Below are positions 54,701-63,700 of a DNA stretch of 64,000 nucleotides, one piece after another. Position 1 is the stretch's first letter. Each line of letters opens with the position of its first letter. The DNA is from Mya arenaria (Eukaryota): contig NC_069127.1 in NCBI RefSeq assembly GCF_026914265.1, positions 1,617,682 to 1,681,681 on the forward strand. The letters are read 5' to 3'. The notes under the pieces were generated by a model. It did no database searches, had not been told where the DNA came from, and saw nothing but the letters and a program-made list of their open reading frames with translations. The position numbers were made by a program, and so were the translations under genes.

Positions 54701-57700
54701 TATCAACCTTCCTGAGTGCCATGTGACCTGGAGTACCCAAGCAGTTCCTTCTCACGGTCCCTATTTTTGTCCCGTGGAGGTTTTGGGGGGCTGAATGGCT
54801 GACCGTATCCTGAACTCTTCACGGCCTTGTGCTTCCACTTCAGTGTTTCAGAATAGTCTGAAAACACAATTGGAACACGATCGTATTGCGTCTTTCAGAA
54901 AACATTTACATAATGTAGTATTGGCAATGCTAAGTTAGTGTAATTTTTTTTGTGTGTGTGTGTTTATGCTAAATGAGCGCAAGAGGGTAAATGAGCAAAT
55001 CTATGAAAATAATACTGAAAATCAGTTTAATTCTATACAAAAAGTCCCAAAATGTAAATATTTTAAAGTGGAATACTTAAGAGCTCTCACTCATTCAGTG
55101 TTTTCAAAAAAAGTGTGTAAGTAGAATCATGCATAATAAAGAAAATATCACAACAGAAAGTCAATAAAGGTAAAAAGGTCAAGAAAAATTAATTCAAGGG
55201 GCTATATTCACATAACATATTAGTGAAAAACCAGCAATGTTTCACAATAATTTCCAACAAAATGCTTTATGAATATTGCCCCAGAGGTACACTGAGGTAC
55301 CGTGGTAAATGTCATGTTGTATCTAACTAACACTTACCAATTTTCATGGGAGATGAGGACCGGGATCTGTCAAGTGTAGATCCAAGGCCCTTCTTTCTAC
55401 CATCTTTTGGTGATTTACCCTTGCCGGACCTCTTTTTCTCATCCTTCCCCACCTTCTTCTTACCCCTGCCCCTCTCTGTCACACTCTGCCAGCAGACAAC
55501 AATAACTTACAAGATACATTATACAGAATCCTTTATTTAATGTTTGATATATAATCATACACAAACAAATAACAACAGCTCTATTAGCTAATATCTGAAA
55601 GAAAGACTGACTAAACATATACTGTGTGCAACATGTAATTCAGTTGTAAAACAGTTATAACATGTGCTTTTAAAAAATAATGTTTAATGTTAAGGATGTT
55701 GCTTGGATTTAAAATTGTTCTATCAAACTGGAATTTCCCAATTCAATACCATTTTACACCCAGGAAAGGATGAACATGTTTTCTTGTAAGAACAGAATAT
55801 CCATTACTATGTTCATCACAAAAGAACCTTAAAACTTTTTATTAAATGGGATATGAAAATATGAAGGAAAAGTATGACAATGTTAAGTTAAGCATGAAGT
55901 TTAAGAAACAAAAATTGCATTGTATAAAAGTTTCAGAAAGAAAGTTTCAGAATCTCATCCAGCTTTTTTACACTTATGAAATGCATTTTTTTGGTCAAAA
56001 ATTAAATTGTTAAGGCCGAGTGATTCAGATAGGGATGAGATCTTAAAGCACATCTCGTCATATCCCTAGTAATGTGAACAAAACTATAGTTGGTTTATAC
56101 TAACTCGTTTTAGCTTGATTTTGCACAATTTTGAAAGATAATATTAATCATTCTAGTCCCTTTTCTAGGCAGAAAACAGTATCGTGTCCTTTTTGAGAGG
56201 TCATGGTTACGCCACTAGACCACTCTCACCCTGGTGAGGATCGAACCCATGACCTCTTGTGTGAGAGGCAGTCAGCTATACCACTAGACCACTCTCACCC
56301 TGGTGTGGATCGAACCCATGACCTCTTGTGTGAGAGGCAGTCACCTATACCACTAGACCACTCTCACCCTGGTGTGGATCGAACCCATGACCTCTTGTGT
56401 GAGAGGCAGTCACCACTCGACCACTCTCACCCTCAAACACTAGTTAGCCACACACTGTGCACAATATGATTCATTGTTGTTACGTAACTGTTAAATGTTT
56501 TGCATGCATGTACGATCAAAGAAATACTTACCACATTTACAATTAATCATCATCAACATGGGTTTTTAAATTTAAGTTAGGGACACACATGTCAGTAAAT
56601 AACATTGGTTACCAGACATCGAACACCATTAATATTTCACACACTGCATCAACTTGCATGGCAATAAACTTACATGTCTCGCTTGAAAAGCTGGGTCTTC
56701 CGACTAAATAAAACATTTATTTCTGCATAACACATGCAAATAAAATAACGTAAGATGCACTTTTACCAAAATGTATAAAATTCAAAATGAAAATAAAGAT
56801 TACTTTAGTATTTAGGTCACATATATGTATATAAGTCCAATGGAGGCCAGTATCCCACATAACTAAACATTCAATGTTGTTATGTCAAATGACCCAATAA
56901 AAAAATGAACTAATAATACACATTTAATTTACATTCAATTTACATAGTTTTTATGATAGTTTAAATTTTTTATAGAACCTCCAGTAAGAGTCACCCACCA
57001 CTTCAATAACAGGTTGGTACATCTCAGTATCCTCTGTGTGGGACGTGTCAAATCCCCCCCGGTACGAACTGTCGCCACGTTGTGAACTGTATGAATTCTC
57101 TCCTCCTCTGTACAAAAAACAACAGGTTAATTACAAGCACAATTGTCCCGTCCAGTCAAAGTATAAATATATGTCTGCTAGAAACTAAACACTTTTTCTT
57201 GTCACTTTGGATTTTTACTTGTGATATTGGAAACTTTCCTACAAAAAGACACCAAATGCTGTATAAATCAAAACGAGTTCATTTATGAAAGAATTTTTGT
57301 CACTTTTCAACACTTTCAACCATTTTTTCCCTGATCTTATGGAACAAAGTGCCAATGAAAGAAACAACAGGCATTTTTCGCATTCAAAAGATTACCATAT
57401 AACAGTAAGATATTGGGCCTAAGACAACGATGTATGTTGGGAGGCCTATTTCCGTGAGCACAGCAAAGTACAATGGCGCCCTACATGAAACAGAAAGGGC
57501 ACACCTTAACCACAGGCCAAGGAAGCCCGCTCCATTTCCTGTAGATTGTCAAAACTGGAGACTAACTTATTTGTGTTTGTTAGTGCGTTCACCAGAATTG
57601 ATATACATAAACTTATTGAACAACAACTTTTGAAAAATCCTCAACTGTCATTGGTGCCCTCGAAAACTGCAAACATAACGTATATGCTACCTTTTACTAC

Positions 57701-60700
57701 TGACACTAGCTTAACAAGGAAGCCATTGGTGGAAAAAAGACTGACTGAAATATACTCTATAAATAAAACTATTTTGGGTGCATTCGTGAGAACTGATCTA
57801 CGTTGAAAAAATGAACTGAAAATTTGAAAAATCCTGGACTGTCATTGGCCAACACTTAAACACAAACACCAAATTATATCAGTAATTACCAGTTTCTCAT
57901 GACAAAATATTACCTCTGTGAGTTTTCCCCCCTGTTGTTGTTGGAGTAGTCGATGTCGTGGGCAGGGTTGGCAGGTGACAGGTTAAACCCACGTGCTTCT
58001 TCTATCTCCATAGCAACATTCCTTTGACGCTCCAAACCTCCAGAAAAAAGTCAAGAAAACATGTACATATAACAAAGCAATTATTAACCTCTTGAGTGCA
58101 CCATTCTCAACAGATCTCTGCAGTTTACATTTTGCCATCAGTGTGTTTTGAAAAGGCTACAGACAACAATATGCAGGAAAGGTTACCCAGTTGTGCAATA
58201 CTCATCACATGTTTGTATAATTCTATATACTTTATATAAATCATATAACATATTTTACGAAATTTGTTGAGAATGTGACAAATGAATACAAAGGGTTCAA
58301 TTTGTATTTAACACAGGTTTAAAAGAAATTTAAAGTATTTCCAGAGATGCATGCTATTGTGTACTTACTTCCCCTGGGAGACTTGGGGCTGAGACTGCGG
58401 TCCGCTCCTGATTTACTCTCGAAATCTTCTAGTTCCTTCATGATCTCAGTCAGGTTACGTTGTTTTGCTGGGATAGGCAACAATGATCATGTTAGTGCTT
58501 TATTTGAACAATAAACTTTGATAAATGAGCATGCATGTATATCTAAAAGGCAATTAGTTTTGGGCATGACAATCATACTCTAGGGAGATTATGATTGGTG
58601 ATTAGTAAGTTCTTTCTTACTAAATGGAAGAACTTAGTGTAAAAAATACAGTTTTAGGGGTTCTAACAGCTTATAATTGTCAATCCTTAAAAAAGCCTGG
58701 GGTCAATTAGAGAACAACGGTTTCTAGCCCAAAGCAGGGTAAAGGGGCTTTGATCAGTTTTGAAATTGTTTCCAAAATCATTTATATTCATTTCAAGGTA
58801 CTTCCTTCCTTGATTCCTTCTGTTTTGATGCAACTCTTTGAGCAAAATACAATCATAACTACTACAATAGTCTTCAATAGTCATAACTGTATTCTGATGA
58901 TGTCAGGTGAGCAGTTTTAAATAACTGGCTGTTATACGCCAAAAACAAGGACTTATGAACAAGTGAACAAAGCCAACAAAGTGCTAAGTGTGTGGTACCT
59001 GAGTTAGACTTGAGAAGTTTTTTCACCAGGTCCTCAGTTCCCTTACCCCCACTGTGAAAGGAGAGCTCAAGCTGGCTGTCGTTGCCGAGGGTGGCCGATG
59101 CCCCCACACGCTCTAGAGCCTTTCGGAAATCCTCGATCTCCTGGCTTGTGTTGGTACCTATAAGACCTGTTGATGAATAGTTATATATCTTTTATGTTGA
59201 TTAACATGATAAATAGATGACACTTTAAATGAAAATTGGCAGTTCATATACGGTAATTGTTACGGTACATTCAATTTGATTCATTTTCTACATTACTTAT
59301 ATATTGTGATTTACATGTCATATATTCCATGATCCATGATTTTTAAATTAAATCTCTTTTTTTTTATAATGTCTTCTATAATCGGTAACAGCAACAAGGG
59401 AAAAACAATTCCAAAGGTGTATAGAGATCAATTAAGTAGCCATTATTTGATCTACACATGAAAAAGAGTCCTATTTTACCATACATCTATATTAAATAGG
59501 CTAAAAATAATCTCCTTAAGCTTTCAGAAACATACTGGTACTTTCAGTTTGGGTACTGAAGTAATAATAAAATAACCAAATTATACATGAACTCAAAATA
59601 TAGGCCATCCTGTTGCATCAAGATTCACAAGACGTTAGTTCACTACAAGAGCATCATAAGCGAGATGCCGATGCTTTTCTACCTTTCTGCCATTGCCTTT
59701 TTTAACATGTAGAACTAGGTTTTAAGGGAACTTCTTAAATGATTGATTAGTTATGCCAAGGCTATATGTTTAGAAAGACTATGACAGTGCTTACAATGAC
59801 ACAAGCTTTCATAATACCACAACTTCATCTCTTTAAAACAACAAACAAGTCAATAATATGAATGGGCCCATTATTTCTACCCAGCTTCTAAAAGTTTTAA
59901 AGACATCCTGGCATGTTCTGACATGAATACGAACCAGTGTCTACTTTGAGTGTATCAGGCCCACTGTTATACGCTGGGAACCGAGACCCCTGGCTGTCTG
60001 TCTCATCCAATGTGGCCTCACGGAGCGTGCTGCGGCCCACCTTGGGTGACGTTGTTGTGTTCATTGTAGACTCCAGCGAGTCCATCAGTGAAACTGGAAC
60101 AGAGAACCAGGTTTTATTCAGTCTTATGTAAAATCTTACAACTGATCTTACACCTGTTAAATTCAAATTGATTTAATTTACAAAATACTTACAAAACATT
60201 TTATACACTGTGTTTGGTTCCGACTATAAAGTAACATAGAACACAGGCGCAAAAATTCTCTAGAAATGAAAAAGAATACTTCAAAAAGTTAGAAAGAGAA
60301 GATAAACATTTTTTTTTTAAATCCCTTAAGAAAACACTTACTCTACCATAAAAAATTAGTTCGGGTCCAATTCTTTACTATTTTTATTTCTTTCAAAATT
60401 AAGAAAATATCATTTTTTGGAAAAAGGTATATGTTTTTCCTTCGGGAATATCCGAAAAACAGCACCTACACTGGAACATTTAAGTGCACTGTCTGCTCAA
60501 ACACTATCTTACCTTTAGACAGCATACTGGGCTTTTGTTCAGAGTGCTCCTGGAAAATAAAGCATTTTCTTTCATTTTCATTTGTTTAACTTTATAAAGC
60601 ATTGCTTCACCAAAAACCAGAACCAACTTAAGATTGTGAATCAGGAATGCAAAAGAAGATTAAAATGCAATTTTAGCCCAAACAATCTTATATAGGCCCA

Positions 60701-63700
60701 TCTTGTTTTCCGGCAACTATAAGAGCATGAAATCCACACCAGATATCTTGATTCATTGTAGCTGTTTTTATTTGTTGCTAATAACATAAGCACCTAGAAC
60801 AAATGCCAACACTTGTCTTTTCTTTTTAACTTCAACAATTATTTTAGACAGAGTTTTGAGCATTGCTATATATATGCATATTGTCTATAGATGTGTTCCA
60901 AGTTTTATTTCAGAATGTTTTATTGTTATAGCAAATAAAGTTTTTGCACAAGGATATTATTAAAGGGGCTTTTGTTTGATGGCTGGATAAAATATTTTAT
61001 TATTTAATTAATGCTGCTAATAAAAAAGAAGGCAAAAATCACAAGTGATATTTTTCCCATGAGGATGTACCTTCTCTGACTGTAGCTGTGTGTGCGGTCG
61101 CTCTGTCTCCTCCTCCTCGTCCTCTATATCCTTCAGTGCTGCGAGTGTAGCTGCGTTGCGTGCTGCTCCCTCAGGAGACAGCGTCTGGGCCGTGGCACTC
61201 AGCTCCTGGTTCAGTCGCCCATAGTCCACAGTCCCGTCAGCATTATTCTCTAAATCCTGCAAGATAGAGGACAGAACAGTGCAATGGGTTATATAGATCA
61301 CAGGATTTATCTTACTCAAAGAAAAGGTATCCCTACAACCTTAACTCTAACATTATTTTAACACAAACTGGTCTTACACTGTGCAGACTACTCATTGACT
61401 ACAATCTTCGACTTAGTTTCTCAAATCATCGCCAGTATTCAAGACTATATACTTCTGTCAAGGAACTGGTACATCCTGCTTTGAGTTCTAACATATTTAG
61501 CCATTTCCTTCAGTTCACTCTGTATATAGTTGGCACCAAGGTCACAACTGACTGCAGAAGTTTCAGCAAATTCTAATAAAATGTTAAAAATGCAGTGGAT
61601 TGTTTTTTACATTCCCTCTTAACTAAGTATTTCCATAATACAATAATCAGGTAAACGTCTGAAAAATCACTGTCTTTATTTTGTTACAGTAACACAGACA
61701 TGGCCGGCAGGATGTAGCTTATTCATAATCCCAGAACATCCTTCGACTAGTCCTTACCCTGAAAAACTTTTCCTTGTCAGCCAGTTCATCGAGTGTGTCC
61801 ATCCCCAACTTTCCTTGGTGGCCTTTCTCCTCAAGTAAATCTTCTACAATAGGGAACATACATTGTTTGCCCACAGCAAAAATTGCTTTTGAATCTGGTG
61901 AAGATCATATTTTAAGAGGCATTGAGAAATATGCCCTGGTGGAGATTGAATCTGTAACCTCTTTGTTCAAACAAACAAGTTCTTGGATGAGAGACTGGTT
62001 TACCACTACACCACCTTCACAGGGGAGGAGATCCAAACTGCAACCTCTTGGGTTGAAGATGGACATCTATACCACTAGACCATTCTCAGACAAACATTGT
62101 ATACTTTGTTATATGTATATATAGAAGATATTTGTTAACTTCAGTGTAAGATCTTATATTATTTCACAAGTGTCATAGTAAAACATTATTTCAAGAGTGG
62201 CGAAGCCAGGAGTGAAAATATATTTCTATGAACAGCAAGTAAAATGATATACGATTTTACGCTGTAATCAACAAATTCTCCGTTTTTTTAATGCTAATAT
62301 TTGGAGTTTAATTTGTATTTTAATTTATTAAAAAAATAGTGTTTCTACGCTGCTACGTGTAAGATGCCCCTCATGTCAAGTTTTGATAGCTAATGAGGAA
62401 GCTGCCATTTTTAAGTTATATTTAATTTCTTTTATTGTATGGTTTATGAAAAGCACATTTTGCCATTTCAATGAGGCGAAATCAAGTATACAAGACCCTT
62501 GATTAAAACTGAAAATAAATAATCAGAAAAAGCAATTTTAGAGGAACTATTTGACGTCAATAGTGATTTAAAACTACTGCGCTTTATTATGTCAGTAAAC
62601 AAAGTCTCACGGACTTGGCGGTGAAATGTACAAAACTGCGTTTTCTATGGCAATTTTCCACAAATTGATAATTTTAGATATGCAAGAAAAAATATCAATC
62701 TTATTTTTCCGGTCCGGATAAAAAAATCCGACCCCCGATCCTGGCACACTGCATGGCCGGTAACTCGGTTGGATTTTTCAATCTGTACTGAAAACACATG
62801 ATCGATATTTAAAAGCTGCGTGTGTTACCTGTGTTGAAACTGTCCATGCTGTCTGCAGGTAGATGAACGCGAGGCCTGGAACATTAAAACATGCATAGAT
62901 ACAGTTACAGTCACAGGGGGCTATTCCTCAATTGTACAGTCAGTTAATAAATTATCAGTCAGCATATCTTCAAGATAATTGAATAAAACTGGTCAATTTA
63001 ACACAAATTGGTAGATTTAATACAAGTTGCTCTACGTATAATCTGATTTTTACGTTTAAAAATGTCAAATAAGGTCATCTAGAAATTTATACAAGGACGT
63101 TGTTGATCATAAGAAGGAAACTCCACAAACCTGTCTCCCTGCCCATGGTTATTATGGTGATGGTGATCTTCTTCCGACTTCTCTGAGACTGAAAAAATGG
63201 AAAAAGGTTAAACAATAAACAGATGGTAGGAAAGAGAATCTCAACAAAAGACCTTGCCAGAATTACTCACCACAGTGATATTTTGTACATATGAATGTTT
63301 TTATGCTATGGTACACTGTACCTCTTTCCCTGTTCTGTCCAATGTATAAGAACTGGAGAGGTGGATAATCAGACAAAAATTGTTATCGATAACTGAAGTG
63401 AAATGGGTTTTAGCCAGGTTTTCAAAAGGACAGGGTGCTAACAGATAAAGGGGCATTTGTATCAGACTGTGAAGAACTTGAAAATTATGACTTGGAAATG
63501 TTAGGAATTGTGTTTAGTTGAAGTCATATTCCGTTTCAATAACCAAACATGTAAAATTTGTATGTATTTATAACCACACTATAAGTTTAATCAGAACAAA
63601 AGAAAGGCAGAAGGGTGCTACCAAGAGAGGACAAGGTATAGCACTCTTCCACAACTCTTGTGTTAAAACCGTATTTTAAATACCAATGTTTTATTTATTT

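Noticed and set aside
61774-62124. 116-aa plus-strand ORF (MSASSSSVSIPNFPWW...)
   Set aside because: It is antisense to exon 4 and intron 4 of the coiled-coil gene. It has no splice or similarity support and is likely a chance ORF.
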